DNA of 61,130 nucleotides from Candidatus Delongbacteria bacterium. Lineage in GTDB: Bacteria; UBA4055. Shown in pieces: positions 8,901 to 20,000 of the stretch. A program made the translations under genes and the position numbers. Location: NCBI GenBank assembly GCA_027858225.1, contig JAQIDB010000177.1:1-61130 (forward strand), written 5' to 3'. Under the pieces are notes generated by a model. The model did no database searches, was not told the origin of the DNA, and was given only the letters and a program-made list of their open reading frames with translations. Within the stretch, counting starts at the first letter, position 1. Every line of letters begins with the position of its first letter.

Positions 8901-11900
8901 CTGTTTAAAGTATCTGTTGGATTATTAACCCATAGCTTTATGTATTTCATCTTTGACATATCTGGAGCAGTATTTAATGTATCTATAAATTTATCTAATG
9001 GAACTCTATAAAGAGCAAAATCTGATTCATATTCTGTACTAATAACATAATTTTCATTAATAGTAGGATATTCCTTTAAATTAATAGTATATCTGTATGC
9101 TTCTACGGATTTATCTAAATTACCCCCACCATCAAGATCTTCAGTATCTAATTTTCCATTATTCTCAGTTTTAATAAAATTCCAATAGCCATCAGCTTTA
9201 TCTATCTGTGAATCGGGTGTTGGTTTTCCATCATCTTCTACAGGATGATCATCCCAAGATAAATATTCATAATCTTCTCTTGGTCTCGGTATTAGTGGGT
9301 CAAATGTCCAAAGTGGATTAAAATCAAGATCATCTTCATCCAAAACCTTATCATCCCCAACCATCATATCTAAACCTACATCTTCATAATCATCTATAAC
9401 ATCAAGTACATTATTTTTGTGTATAAAATCTTCAGTATTTATTTTCCCATTAGGTATTACATCTTCACTCAATTCACCGATATCAATATTAAGAGTTATA
9501 GTCCCATTGGTCGTAGCTAAAAACTCAATATACTTCACTTCTCTCATATCCTGATATGAAGAATAAAGATATTTCATAACTCCACCCCAAGAATCCTCTG
9601 GTTTGATAACACCACCCTGAATAGCATTTGATACAGTTGTTGGTTTAAATATCATATCCAAAGTTGAAACTTTATCATCTTGTTCTTCTCCGAGAACATC
9701 TGTATAAACTTCATCCTTAGGACGTTTATCATCATCATTAGGGTTATACCAATAGAATGCAGGCTCATCAACCCCTGTATAAGCTTTTAAAAAATATGAT
9801 GTTTCAATTCCTAGTGCAAGTGCCTCAGGTGTTAGAGAATATGATCCAATAGTCTCATAGTAATCTGGATATGAAGCCGGATGCCATGATCCATAATTAA
9901 TTCCTAAAGATGTATTCTTTTTACTATTCTCAAAATCATCAATGTAAGCCGCATCCAATGGATTTGGATTTGGGAAAATTTGTGCTATTTCACCTTCTAA
10001 TGAAAATGATGATTTTGCTTCTGTTTCAATTAACGGTAATTTGTCCATTAGTTTTGTTAACCATGGCGCATCAAATTTAGTTTGTCCGTTAAGATCTAAT
10101 GTTAAGTTCCTTTTTGGCTCATACCCTACGTGCACCCTGTCTTCATTAGTTGACTCAGATAAATAAAGAACTGTACCACCTATATAAGTATCCTTATTAA
10201 AAGCATATTCAAATCTATTCCCTAAAAGTACTTTTTCGTCTAATTGGAAAAATGTCGCCGATTCATAAGATATTTCAATATTAGCTGTTTGATAAAGATC
10301 GTTGATCAATGAAAGTTGCCCCGAATGATAATCAAGAACGTAATCAACATCCTTTTTCAGCTCTGTGGCTCCGGATCTTACTACTTCAGATCCTTCAATA
10401 ACATTGAATCCAAGAGAGTATGTACTTGACTTACTTGTGATCTCAAATTTAAGATTAAAATTTGAACTTATATTGCTCGTTGCGTCTTGATAGATCAGGG
10501 AATCTACAAACAGGGTATCAGTATCGTCGACATCATCATAAAAAATACTGTTTTCATCTTCCGGAGCAAAAGGTTTTTGATTTGGAAACCAAAATTCTCC
10601 ATTAGCGGGTTTCAAATAACCTATATCCACAAGATCCAGCGCTGAAGAATCTTTTGCTACTTCATAGTAGTATAAATAAGGCTTTGACTTCCCATCTGAA
10701 TCTAATGGATCGATCTCTTCTGATTTAGTTGTACCAGCAACTTCTTTTGTAATAGTCAATTTAAAATCATCTGTACTGACTTGACTACCACCTAGATCAT
10801 AAACATTTTTCCACTCAAGGTCTGCCCATGGTTCAGTAAATTTTTGATCTTTTTCTGCAATAATTTGAAGTTCATATTTTAGGTCACTTACTTTTCTTCC
10901 GATATGGATAGTATCATTATTTGTATAATTTTTCTTTATATATCTGGCTGCTAAAATATCACCTTTGGTCCAACTAAGATACTTCAATCTGATATATCCC
11001 AATTCTTGATTGATTTCATATTGATCGCTTTCAACTAACGTGACATTAAGATTTTCGTCTTTTTTAACATTACCTAAATAATCAATATAAAGATCTGCTT
11101 GTAATTGAGAGGATCCAGTTGTTGTTCCGGTCACATAAAGTTCAAAAGAATAATTTTGTATCTGATATTCTGGAACTAACACACTCTGATGTTCTAATAT
11201 CCTTTTATAATTAACAGATGTGGCAAAATTTTCTCTGAAAGAATCTTCTATATAAAAATATGTATTTCTTAAATATTCCTTAGCATTTATAATCTTTTCT
11301 GTGCTTGTAACACCACCCTTAACCGTAAGTTGGTTTTTCTGACCTTTTTCGAAAGAAGCTATCGTTGTATTTTTTAACTTTCCGATCTGCATCACAGTTT
11401 TCACACCGAATAATCCCTTATTCACTCCACTGTAACTGACAAACCTTGTACCCGGTAAACTCAGACCGATATTACCTGCTTCAAACTTCTGAATGATCTC
11501 ATCGCTTTCGCCGGTATAAGTTAGTTTTAGAGAATTTTCAAAGTCCATCATTTCTGTATTCTGAGCAATGTTAACATCTACTTTTGTACCTATCTTTCCT
11601 CGGATAGAAATATTCTGTGTTTGATCTAAAGTAAAATCAAAACTCGAATTTTCAACATTAGCTAGATCAGTGTAACTTTTTTGACCTGTAATACTTAAAG
11701 AAAGTGATCCTTTTACCCTAAGACCAATTTTATTTCCACCAAAAACCCTGTGAAATGTCCGTGATTTAATTTTAAAAGGAATATCAATTGCAATCTCATC
11801 TCCAGATAAGAAACCTTCATAATTCCCTACACCAAGTCCCTTTGTTACTGACTTATGCCATTGACTTTTTGATTCGTAATCTAATCTCTGAGAAACATAG

Positions 11901-12211
11901 TCTTCCAATTTCATTACGATCGATTTTTTAAAATCTTCTTCAAACAATCTTTCATAAATTATCACATACTGCATCGACTCATCTATTTCAATACCTTGTT
12001 TGTACTTCGCTCCAGCCATTTTAAATACAATTGAATCTTTTTTATATTTTGTTAAAAAATTTTCTCCGATAACAGGAAACACTTTTACTTGATCGCTTAA
12101 AATTCCAAGGTCATACTTTATGCTAAAGGAATTCGTGATAGCATTCTGATCAGCAAACATAACCGAGATCATTAAGAATAACATAATATTTAAAATTATC
12201 TTTATTTTCAT
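5927..12211 (-). CDS. Giant secreted/outer-membrane protein (2094 aa). It is a candidate SprA/Sov-like T9SS translocon. A TamB/AsmA-like giant envelope protein is not excluded.
   Basis: An N-terminal signal peptide reads MKIKIILNIMLFLMISVMFA. The very long, continuous ORF is rich in alternating aromatic/polar beta-strand-like segments and has an Asp-rich acidic insert. It lies in an operon with the upstream TPR protein and downstream xseA. The SprA family assignment rests on size and composition only. Confidence 0.4.
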   Translation of the reverse strand: MKIKIILNIMLFLMISVMFADQNAITNSFSIKYDLGILSDQVKVFPVIGENFLTKYKKDSIVFKMAGAKYKQGIEIDESMQYVIIYERLFEEDFKKSIVMKLEDYVSQRLDYESKSQWHKSVTKGLGVGNYEGFLSGDEIAIDIPFKIKSRTFHRVFGGNKIGLRVKGSLSLSITGQKSYTDLANVENSSFDFTLDQTQNISIRGKIGTKVDVNIAQNTEMMDFENSLKLTYTGESDEIIQKFEAGNIGLSLPGTRFVSYSGVNKGLFGVKTVMQIGKLKNTTIASFEKGQKNQLTVKGGVTSTEKIINAKEYLRNTYFYIEDSFRENFATSVNYKRILEHQSVLVPEYQIQNYSFELYVTGTTTGSSQLQADLYIDYLGNVKKDENLNVTLVESDQYEINQELGYIRLKYLSWTKGDILAARYIKKNYTNNDTIHIGRKVSDLKYELQIIAEKDQKFTEPWADLEWKNVYDLGGSQVSTDDFKLTITKEVAGTTKSEEIDPLDSDGKSKPYLYYYEVAKDSSALDLVDIGYLKPANGEFWFPNQKPFAPEDENSIFYDDVDDTDTLFVDSLIYQDATSNISSNFNLKFEITSKSSTYSLGFNVIEGSEVVRSGATELKKDVDYVLDYHSGQLSLINDLYQTANIEISYESATFFQLDEKVLLGNRFEYAFNKDTYIGGTVLYLSESTNEDRVHVGYEPKRNLTLDLNGQTKFDAPWLTKLMDKLPLIETEAKSSFSLEGEIAQIFPNPNPLDAAYIDDFENSKKNTSLGINYGSWHPASYPDYYETIGSYSLTPEALALGIETSYFLKAYTGVDEPAFYWYNPNDDDKRPKDEVYTDVLGEEQDDKVSTLDMIFKPTTVSNAIQGGVIKPEDSWGGVMKYLYSSYQDMREVKYIEFLATTNGTITLNIDIGELSEDVIPNGKINTEDFIHKNNVLDVIDDYEDVGLDMMVGDDKVLDEDDLDFNPLWTFDPLIPRPREDYEYLSWDDHPVEDDGKPTPDSQIDKADGYWNFIKTENNGKLDTEDLDGGGNLDKSVEAYRYTINLKEYPTINENYVISTEYESDFALYRVPLDKFIDTLNTAPDMSKMKYIKLWVNNPTDTLNSTKIQFVTLNLVGNEWAARGGSKKRIEAKTINNQDDKERYDSPPGVKRVDSDNVEETEQSLLLDISLEEIYFSDTPREAILTKFLSSGENYLMYEEMKMFIHGGSDKDVPLWEDRATYFIYRFGSDSLNYYEYRSKLVPGWDNSVANNQMVIPLSDLTDLKTFRSDENAKPDSMYMKGFNNESINRYLGILGNPTLQNVKYFNVGVIDSAGTGLDNEIWLDELRLVKVKKDPGIAMRAKTRIEIADIATVDAEITRQDGNFHRIEEKSGSGLTSQNFNLNSTFNLDKLVPQKLGIKLPVKYTYSNNDSYTKYQGSTDILVDENNIPDSVRTKTVRNQYDFSIKKTSKSNNPYIKHTLDKLSFSGNATFSNSSNATYLNTKTEAYRYTVGYSLNLPESWFSFRPFGWVGANSFMKGMKDMKFIFFPSSYTTGLTTNKNKTESMTRKGSSSNSGLFNVTRTFNTSITPIPILSSSYDLTLKSDMFKTKMDTIIVEDKTKDFSDLAMFDFGALSSMQSGLKNSLKLNFFKFWTNNLSFNTSYSWNGNLASSTASANIKNRYDAKLGTKLKTKDIITGIQNSISYFFPKKIVKKDNIQQNNEPPKEENPKEEKKPVDMRGARKSKSTSSIKKKSILDFLKSNLSDFSLSYSQNRENSFSDISSYDQADLGFIFGVATKPKDINYTLSSSSWGGSWGLSGNTRLSISKNLAFDGIQYQFNRSYSENNGFSGTDTETNFVWPWVTEEEHKKSEVNSLLIPNYSINIKGLEKLIPNTESITSLSLSHAKSGNVSSAWYIDGNTPDMYLTGIPNLDSDILKVLSKSYNVSFRPLAGFKISLKNGFNFNASYNYAYDMKESYKSENGVTGVQSGDKKYSRELRMSSGFNQKGGFKIPFNFWPFNGRRLENDIRYNLTLSYNASETYKYDVEAKEYEGYMDGIKSDNFSVSPDITYKLSKKLSGTMSYSYNYNETQSYGARAVVNTNHKFELRASLSITGR

Positions 12212-12216
12212 TTAAG

Positions 12217-14082
12217 TTATTTCTGTCTTATTATTTTCCTGGCTTTAGATTTTATAAGACTGGAGAATTCACCTTTTAATAATTCCATGAGAATCTCATT
12301 TTTTTCTTCTTGAGTAATATCCTTATTATCACAATAATCTAATATCAACGATCCTATCTCGGAACCTGATGGTTTTTCATCTAATATCAATTTAATTATA
12401 TTACTTTGACCAAGATTATTTTTTGAAGCTTTAAGATAGCAATAATTTAATTTTAAGACAAATAATTTTTTAGCTTTATCTTCAATATCTTCAGCTTCAA
12501 TTGGAATATCTTCATATTTATTGGTCGAATCTATCTGATAAGATAAATAATCTAAATAACTGCTTAAAAGTTTTTTATCATCTCCGATAAGATTTAACTC
12601 ATTTTTTATTTTAATAATATTGTTATCAGTATCAGAAATAATATTATCCTTTGTCAACTTATCGTACTTTATCAAGAATTCTTCCTTGTTCTGCTGTAAA
12701 ATACTTAATAGAAAATCAAGATATAATAATTGATCTTCAACTTCTCTTCTGAGTGAATGATAATCTGCATTTTTAAGTGCTTTGTTAATAACCTTTTGAG
12801 ATTTAGAATAATCTTCTAAGCTAATTAATAATATTAAATAATCAATAAATTCATTCGGAGATCCTTTCAGTATATCAATCTGTTTTTCATAAATTTTCTT
12901 TGCTTTTTTCCAGTTCCCTGATAAATGATTTATGTATGCAAGTTTTATTTCTGCTTCTGGAAGATCAAGTGAAGATAATTTCTTTATACTATTTTCAAAC
13001 TGTCCAAGCTTTACTAAAGCATCAATGTACAGAAAATACTGCTTTAATTCTTTTTTTTGTATCTGTCTATTTTCAGTAAAGTATAAGCTGTAAAAATTTG
13101 CAGAGTTCTTATAGTCCTTTTCTTTAAAAAGTTTGGTTGCAAAAGAAATTATTACTGACAATTCATTTTTTTCGATATCCAATTGTTTCAAAGCTAAAAA
13201 TGCATTTTCATAATCTTTGTTCATAAAATAAAGTTCTGAAAGTAAATTATTTAGATTTTTATCTTTCTTTGATCTATCAGCTACCACATTTAGCATTACA
13301 TTGCTATTTTCTTCCAACTCGAACAACTTGATCATTTCATGTTTGGCAGAAAACACATCAAATCTCTTCTCTCTATTTAACTTTTTATCTTCCTTTAAAA
13401 AAATACTTACTAATTCATTAGTTACTTCAGAAATCATATTAGCAGACTTGTAAGTTTTAAAAAGCTCTTTAGAAAATAGATCATTATCTTTTAACTCCTT
13501 TCGGACTTTCATATATTGATCGATCGCATTTTTATAAGATGATGATTCGTAATACATTCTACCTTTGATAGCGTACTTTAACTTACTTGAAATATTAGAT
13601 GCATTTATAAGCTTAATTATCTCATTCCCTTGCATATCACGATCTGTCATTAAAAATAATTGTCCAAGAAAAGATTCGAGCAAAATTTCTAAAATCTCCG
13701 GATCAGTTTCACTTTTTTTTGATTTAGAGATTAAGGTTTTTAACTTTATTTCACATTCTTTTATTTTCTTGGTTTTTACTGAATTCCTAACATATCCATT
13801 TAAAACATCAGGATCATCCGAATTTGTTCTTACTAAATTCCGATACAGATTATAAGCTTTACCAAACTCAGATAAAGATTCATATCTATTAGCTTTCAAT
13901 ATACTAGCTTGAACTTGGTTATAATTTTTAGGATTTTGTATTCTCTGTTTACTCAAAGGTTTTTCATATTGAGCATAAATAAAGTTCGAAAAAATAAATA
14001 TTATTAAAACAATAAAAACAAATACATGTAGTTTCGCGCTAAATATACTTTTTTTCTTGGTTAATACTGGCCTAATATTCAT
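12217..14082 (-). CDS. TPR-like repeat protein with an N-terminal signal anchor.
   Basis: The 621-aa protein has a hydrophobic N-terminal segment FVFIVLIIFIFSNFIYA. The remainder is helical-repeat-like (Y/N/L-rich, TPR-like periodicity). It lies 5 nt upstream of the giant ORF. Confidence 0.55.
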   Translation of the reverse strand: MNIRPVLTKKKSIFSAKLHVFVFIVLIIFIFSNFIYAQYEKPLSKQRIQNPKNYNQVQASILKANRYESLSEFGKAYNLYRNLVRTNSDDPDVLNGYVRNSVKTKKIKECEIKLKTLISKSKKSETDPEILEILLESFLGQLFLMTDRDMQGNEIIKLINASNISSKLKYAIKGRMYYESSSYKNAIDQYMKVRKELKDNDLFSKELFKTYKSANMISEVTNELVSIFLKEDKKLNREKRFDVFSAKHEMIKLFELEENSNVMLNVVADRSKKDKNLNNLLSELYFMNKDYENAFLALKQLDIEKNELSVIISFATKLFKEKDYKNSANFYSLYFTENRQIQKKELKQYFLYIDALVKLGQFENSIKKLSSLDLPEAEIKLAYINHLSGNWKKAKKIYEKQIDILKGSPNEFIDYLILLISLEDYSKSQKVINKALKNADYHSLRREVEDQLLYLDFLLSILQQNKEEFLIKYDKLTKDNIISDTDNNIIKIKNELNLIGDDKKLLSSYLDYLSYQIDSTNKYEDIPIEAEDIEDKAKKLFVLKLNYCYLKASKNNLGQSNIIKLILDEKPSGSEIGSLILDYCDNKDITQEEKNEILMELLKGEFSSLIKSKARKIIRQK

Positions 14083-14149
14083 ACCACTTCTATAGTCTTA
14101 ATTATTAATAACTTATTATAACCATTAATTAAGGGGATAGTTCATTTTT

Positions 14150-14182
14150 TTTAATAAAAAAAGGGCAGTCTGTACTGCCCTT
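14150..14182 (-). terminator. Rho-independent terminator downstream of pmbA.
   Basis: The stem gggcagt(ctgt)actgccc is followed on the minus strand by a T-run (tttttttatt). Confidence 0.6.
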
Positions 14183-14205
14183 AGTAATTGTGATGAAGAT
14201 TTTAA

Positions 14206-15579
14206 TTAAAAACTTTCAGCGCAATCAGTGATCTTAACACCCTCACACACCATATAATTCGGAACGGAAAAAGCAACAGGTGCTCTTCTTCCGTAAGTAT
14301 TTGATAGATTCACTGATTTTGCTAATTTTGATATCTTTGCTACATTTCCAAACACATTCTGAAATGTATCTGTAATTCTGGATGAGTAGATCGGTCCGAC
14401 AACTTTTCCTTTTCTAACAAGAAGTGCATTAAATCGAGAACTTCCTGTAAATATACCTTTACTTACACTTGGAAGATTTATGTAATGAAGAGCAGGTATA
14501 TAAAGTACTTCTTCCATATCTTTTACAGCGTCTATAGGACATTCCACATCACTACCTGTGTTTACAGTTATACTAAACGAACTGGTATCGTGTCCGGTCT
14601 TTTCTCTTTTGAACTTTGCGGCTGTAGTTGAGTCATACATCAGACTTACGAATTTCCCATCTTCGACAATGTTCCTTTTCACTCTTTTCTGTCCAGAGAA
14701 ATCAAAGCATGATTTAAATGTTAAATCATTTAATGGATCATCTGAGATAGTTATATTTTCACCTAAAACTTTATCGCCAATTGAATTTTTTGATGTCCAT
14801 GCCTGCTTCTCTTCATAAGTTCTTCCCCAGAATCCGGTAAATATAGCCATTTGAATAACTTCAGCAATAGCTTGTGGACCTAAAACAACAGTGTAATCCT
14901 TTATATCAATTTGTGTTGCAGGATAATTCTCATAATAATCAACATACATTTTTAATTCTTTTATCACATAATCTAAATCAAAATCAGATTTTTTCCATCC
15001 AGTTTGCGTTGCTGTTATTTCCCAGCTTTTTACAGGATGCTTTAGAACGATCGTAAAAATTTGATCTGTTCCTACGAGGTATGCAGAATTTTTATTCTTT
15101 GTAGTTACAATAAATTGTTCAGTTGTTCCACTTGACCATGATCCTGAAAAATTATAATTATTTCCTACAGAATTGAATATCTTAGAATAAGATTCAGCTT
15201 TAAAGTCAGGAGTAAGGTCATTGAATTTATTATCGTTCTGAGAATTCTCTACAAAAATTTCTTCAACTTCATCTTCTATTGGTTTATAGTCTTTTTCTTT
15301 TGCAACTAAGGCTTTTTCATAAGCTATTTCAAGGCTTTCTATTACCTGTTCTACTGACCTGATCTCACCCATTTGAGTATGTGATCCTTGCCTTAAACCG
15401 TTAGTTACTTCAATATCCATTCTTGTCAATTCTTCGCTAGTACTCAGTGATACTGAATTATTACCAATTCTCATTAAATGACTGTTCTCATAATGAAGTG
15501 AGAAGCTTGCAACGATATTTCTTTCTTCAGCAATATCCCTGACTTTAAGAATAATATTCTTTGTTGTATTATCTATCAT
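14206..15579 (-). CDS. pmbA: Metalloprotease PmbA/TldE (TldD/PmbA family).
   Basis: The 457-aa protein is paired immediately downstream of tldD (1-nt gap). It has the family-typical length and glycine-rich C-terminal half. Confidence 0.75.
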   Translation of the reverse strand: MIDNTTKNIILKVRDIAEERNIVASFSLHYENSHLMRIGNNSVSLSTSEELTRMDIEVTNGLRQGSHTQMGEIRSVEQVIESLEIAYEKALVAKEKDYKPIEDEVEEIFVENSQNDNKFNDLTPDFKAESYSKIFNSVGNNYNFSGSWSSGTTEQFIVTTKNKNSAYLVGTDQIFTIVLKHPVKSWEITATQTGWKKSDFDLDYVIKELKMYVDYYENYPATQIDIKDYTVVLGPQAIAEVIQMAIFTGFWGRTYEEKQAWTSKNSIGDKVLGENITISDDPLNDLTFKSCFDFSGQKRVKRNIVEDGKFVSLMYDSTTAAKFKREKTGHDTSSFSITVNTGSDVECPIDAVKDMEEVLYIPALHYINLPSVSKGIFTGSSRFNALLVRKGKVVGPIYSSRITDTFQNVFGNVAKISKLAKSVNLSNTYGRRAPVAFSVPNYMVCEGVKITDCAESF

Positions 15580-15580
15580 C

Positions 15581-17065
15581 TTATTTTCTCTCCCCAGTGA
15601 TTACATTATCAAATTTAACAACCGGAACACCATGTCCTAATTGCATTACCTGGTTTGGTTCACCTTTTCCACAGTTATTGACTTGACCTACATGCCATGT
15701 CGATTCGTCACCAACAGCACTTAAAGAATTATAAAATTCAACTGTATGACCTTGATAAGTTGGATTTTTAAGCACTCTTGTTACTTTCCCCTTTTTTACT
15801 TCCCAGGCTATTTCACATCCGAAATGGAAATGCTCTCTGTTTGATCCGATCGACCATGAATTAGGAAAATCAACTATTATCCCATCTTCAGTATTAGCTA
15901 TTATATCTTCTAAAGTTCCATCATTCCCGGGTTGGATATTAACGTTTGTCATTCTATCTATCGGCGCTCTGTAGAAAGCTGTAGCTCTTGCGGCACCACC
16001 ACTCTCTTTAAATATTTCTTTCCCAGCTTTCTGATTTGCTTCACTTATCATTGCCCTTGAAGTCAATGCATTTACCAACAACCCGTCTTTAATAAGCATA
16101 TAGTTTCTTTCTGGAGAGCCTTCATCATCAAATCCAAAAGAACCAGGAGAATTTTCAATACCACCGAATGCACTAACGTTTAATTTTTTACTTCCATACT
16201 GAAGTTTACCAAATGAATCAAGATCAACAAAAGAACCTCCGGCATAGGACAATTCATAACCTAATATCCTATCTAATTCTAGAGGATGTCCGATGGTTTC
16301 ATGTACTTGCAACCAAGCCTGACTTGGGAGTAATATCACTGATCTTTTTGCATATTCTAAAGAAGGTGCTTTCGTTAATTCTGAAAGTTCAGATTTAATT
16401 TTATCTATGTTTCCACTGAACAAATCTGGTTCAATCAGCATTTCCCAACCTCTGGTTCCTTTTCCAGTTGTGAAAAGATCATGTGTTCTGCTTTGCATTT
16501 GCCCTTCATCATCTAATGCCATAATGTTTATAGATGCAAATACATTAAAAAGTTTTCTTTCAACCTCAGTACCTTCACTACTGAAGAAATATGTATGTTT
16601 CTTCTGGAAATTTGCACTAATAACTCTCTGCAATATCCATTCTTCTTTTAATTTATCATCCAATGAAATAAGAAAATCTAACTTTTCTTTAAGTGGAACT
16701 TCAAAAGGATCTATCAAAATCGGTGAAATGAACTTGCTTTTATGAGAAGGTTTTTTATTCATTTTTAATGGAACATTTACTAACTTTGATGCTGTTTTAG
16801 CATTATCAAATGACTGTGAAAAACAAGTTTCTATTGCATCAAGATTGCTTGTTGCTGCAAATCCCCAGGCACCTTTGTATAGTACCCTTACCCCAATACC
16901 ACTTTCAAATGTAGTATCATTTGCTTCAAGATTACCGTTATAAAGCATTATTGATTCGGAATTATCACTGCTAAGATACCTGACATCAACATAATCAGAA
17001 TTCTTATCCATCGTTAAGTTAATATTCTTAACGATTTTTTCCTTTAATTTTTGATCAATTTTCAT
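15581..17065 (-). CDS. tldD: Metalloprotease TldD.
   Basis: The 494-aa protein has an HExxxH-type motif region (VHETIGHPLELD) and the conserved C-terminal GxC...G motifs of TldD. Confidence 0.85.
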   Translation of the reverse strand: MKIDQKLKEKIVKNINLTMDKNSDYVDVRYLSSDNSESIMLYNGNLEANDTTFESGIGVRVLYKGAWGFAATSNLDAIETCFSQSFDNAKTASKLVNVPLKMNKKPSHKSKFISPILIDPFEVPLKEKLDFLISLDDKLKEEWILQRVISANFQKKHTYFFSSEGTEVERKLFNVFASINIMALDDEGQMQSRTHDLFTTGKGTRGWEMLIEPDLFSGNIDKIKSELSELTKAPSLEYAKRSVILLPSQAWLQVHETIGHPLELDRILGYELSYAGGSFVDLDSFGKLQYGSKKLNVSAFGGIENSPGSFGFDDEGSPERNYMLIKDGLLVNALTSRAMISEANQKAGKEIFKESGGAARATAFYRAPIDRMTNVNIQPGNDGTLEDIIANTEDGIIVDFPNSWSIGSNREHFHFGCEIAWEVKKGKVTRVLKNPTYQGHTVEFYNSLSAVGDESTWHVGQVNNCGKGEPNQVMQLGHGVPVVKFDNVITGERK

Positions 17066-17077
17066 AATTATCCTATA

Positions 17078-20000
17078 TTAAATTTTATTTGCATCTAACA
17101 CTTTCCGCACTGTCACACCTAAAATTGAAGTTGTGATAGGCTTCATTAAAAACTCTTTTATTCCTATTTTAATTGCCTCTTCCCTATCAATTAACGGACT
17201 ATACCCTGTACAAAGTATTATAGGAATATCTGATCGGATTTCAAGTATTTTTTTTGCAAGATCTGACCCTATCATTCCAGGCATTGTTTGATCTGTAAAT
17301 ACCATATCATATTTTTGTGAATTCTTTTTAAAATCTTCCAAAGCCTCATTACTGCTGTTAAATTGTGTTGTTCTGTAACCTAATTCATTAAGAATTGCTG
17401 TAATTATCTCCGTTAGAATTTGTTCATCATCTACTACTAAAATATGTTCATTTCCGCCTTCAATACATTCTATTTCACTTTTATTATTCTCAACTTTTTC
17501 ATCTTCCAATAATGGTAGATAGATCTTAAACAAAGAACCCTCATTAGGCTGACTTCGTGCATAAATCCTTCCACCATGACTTTTAACAATTCCTAAAACA
17601 ACTGAAAGTCCAAGTCCAGTACCCTCATCTTGTCCCTTTGTAGTGAAGTATGGTTCAAAAATCCTTTCCAATACCAATTTATCCATACCATGACCAGTAT
17701 CGCTAATCTCTAGGCATAAACATCTTTCAAATTCGATATCGTTAATTTCATCAGTTATGAAATCTTTCGTTTTTCCACAATCCAATTTAACTTTTAGGAT
17801 CCCTCCTGTATCTTTCATAGCATGATAAGCATTTGTGCAAAGATTCATAATTAATTGGTGTATTTGAGTTGGATCACACAATACAGAACCACAATTAGTA
17901 GCAATTTCTGATCTTATTTCTATGGTTGAAGGTATGAGTGGTTTTATTAATTTGAGAACTTCTTTTACTATAGGTTGAATTTTGAAAGGTTTAACTTCAA
18001 AATCATTTTTTCTACAGAATGTTAAAATTTGACGAACTAATTCTTTTGCTCTATTTGAAGCTTTTATAACTTCCATTAAGTACTTACTTTCTCTATCCTT
18101 ACTATCCAATTCCATCTTCGCAAGTTCTGTATACCCGATTATTGGAGTTAATATATTATTAAAATCATGAGCAATTCCACCTGATAGAGTTCCCAATGCT
18201 TCCATCTTTTGGGTATTTCTTAGATTTTCTTCGATAAGTTTTGTAGTAGAAACATCCCTAAATATAGCTTGTACTATTTTTTTTCCATCAATAATTGTTG
18301 TACTTGAACTCACTTGGACAGGTATGTTCTTTCCAGACTTATTAACAATATAGAATTCATCGATCTTTTTGTTGGTTTCTAAATATTTTCCAAAAGTCGT
18401 CTTATACTTTAATTTATTTTTAGATTGGTGAAGATCTGTTTGGAGCATTCCAATTATATCGCTTATTTCAATCCCCAATAGCTCTTCAGCTTTTTTATTT
18501 GCATCAATTATGACACCTGTTTCAGCATCCTCCAAAAAGATCGCATCATTGCTATACTGAAATAGATTTTTATATTTATCTTCTGATTCATTTAATTTAT
18601 TTTCTATTAATATTCTTTTTGCTTTATTGTTGATCAAATCAATACCAAAAACTATATCATTGACTAGATCCTGAAGGAGTTCAATTTCTTTTTTATCATA
18701 GTCAAAAGGGTTTTTAGAAAAAACTCTTAGTACTCCTATTATTTTGTCATCTTTCCTCATCGGAATTACTGCTACGGATTGAAATTTGATTTTATCAGGA
18801 TCTTCATTCCAATAAATAAAATTACCAGTACCTTTTATATTTTGATAAACAATGGGTCTATTTTCTCTTACACAGTTTGCGGTTAACCCTGTAATTTTAA
18901 CATTCTGAGATAAAAATTGTTCTTCTACATATTCACCTTCAAAATTTCCATACATTCCTAGATCATCTATTGTTACCGACTCTCTGTAATTGATTCTTTG
19001 AACTAGTGATTTTACGTGCCCACCAGTCATTACTATTATTTTACAAATATTCTCTAAATATTCTTTCACTGTCTTGGATTTTACAAGAATTTTATTACTT
19101 TGACTCATTATCTGAAGGTACTTATTTGAAAGTAATAATCTTCCTTCATTGTCTTTTAAATGTTCCTCTACAACAGATTGAGCTTGTTTCAATTTTAATG
19201 ATTTTATTCCAAACGACATATCATTAGAAAGTTCCCTAAGAAATTTAACTTCTTCTTTGTAGTACGCCTCGGGATCTTCCGATAGTATTACTAAAACTGC
19301 GTTAACCTTATCGTCAACTATAAGAGGTATTGAAATTTGGGAATTATATCCAATTTTCTTAGCATCTTTTCTCCAAAAATCATATTTCGGATCAGTTTGA
19401 ATATTATTACAAAACATTTCTTTTTTCGTATTAACTGCTCTTGCAGAAGGACCTGTATTATTGTTCTCACGCATTTTCCAAGTCATCCTGCCTTTAGCTA
19501 TTATTTCATTTTCAAAATGACCTTTTTCATAACCTTTATATGCAATTGGTTCGACAGATTGAGTTTCGTCATACTTTACTAATCCTATCCATGCGACTTT
19601 ATAACCTCCGTAATCAACTAATAGGTTACAGATATCTTGAAAATATTGTTTTTCCTCAACTGCATTCACTAAAGCTTTGTTACACTCACTCATAACTAAT
19701 AAAGCTCTATTAGATATTTGAAGGTCATATTCATAGGATTTTCGCTCAGAGATATCTCTTATCTGAGAATTAAAATATTGTGTATCATTTGATTTCCATC
19801 CGTTAAAAGTAAGTTCGATTGGGAATACTGTTCCATCATGCTTCAAACCTAAAAATTCAAGACGATTATCCCTATTAGTTACAATTCTACCTTTCATAAC
19901 TTCTTTTAAGTCACGATCATAATTATTCCTTCTATCAACGGGCATCAATTTAGCTATATTAATACCAATTAGTTGACTCTTTTCATATCCAAACATAACT

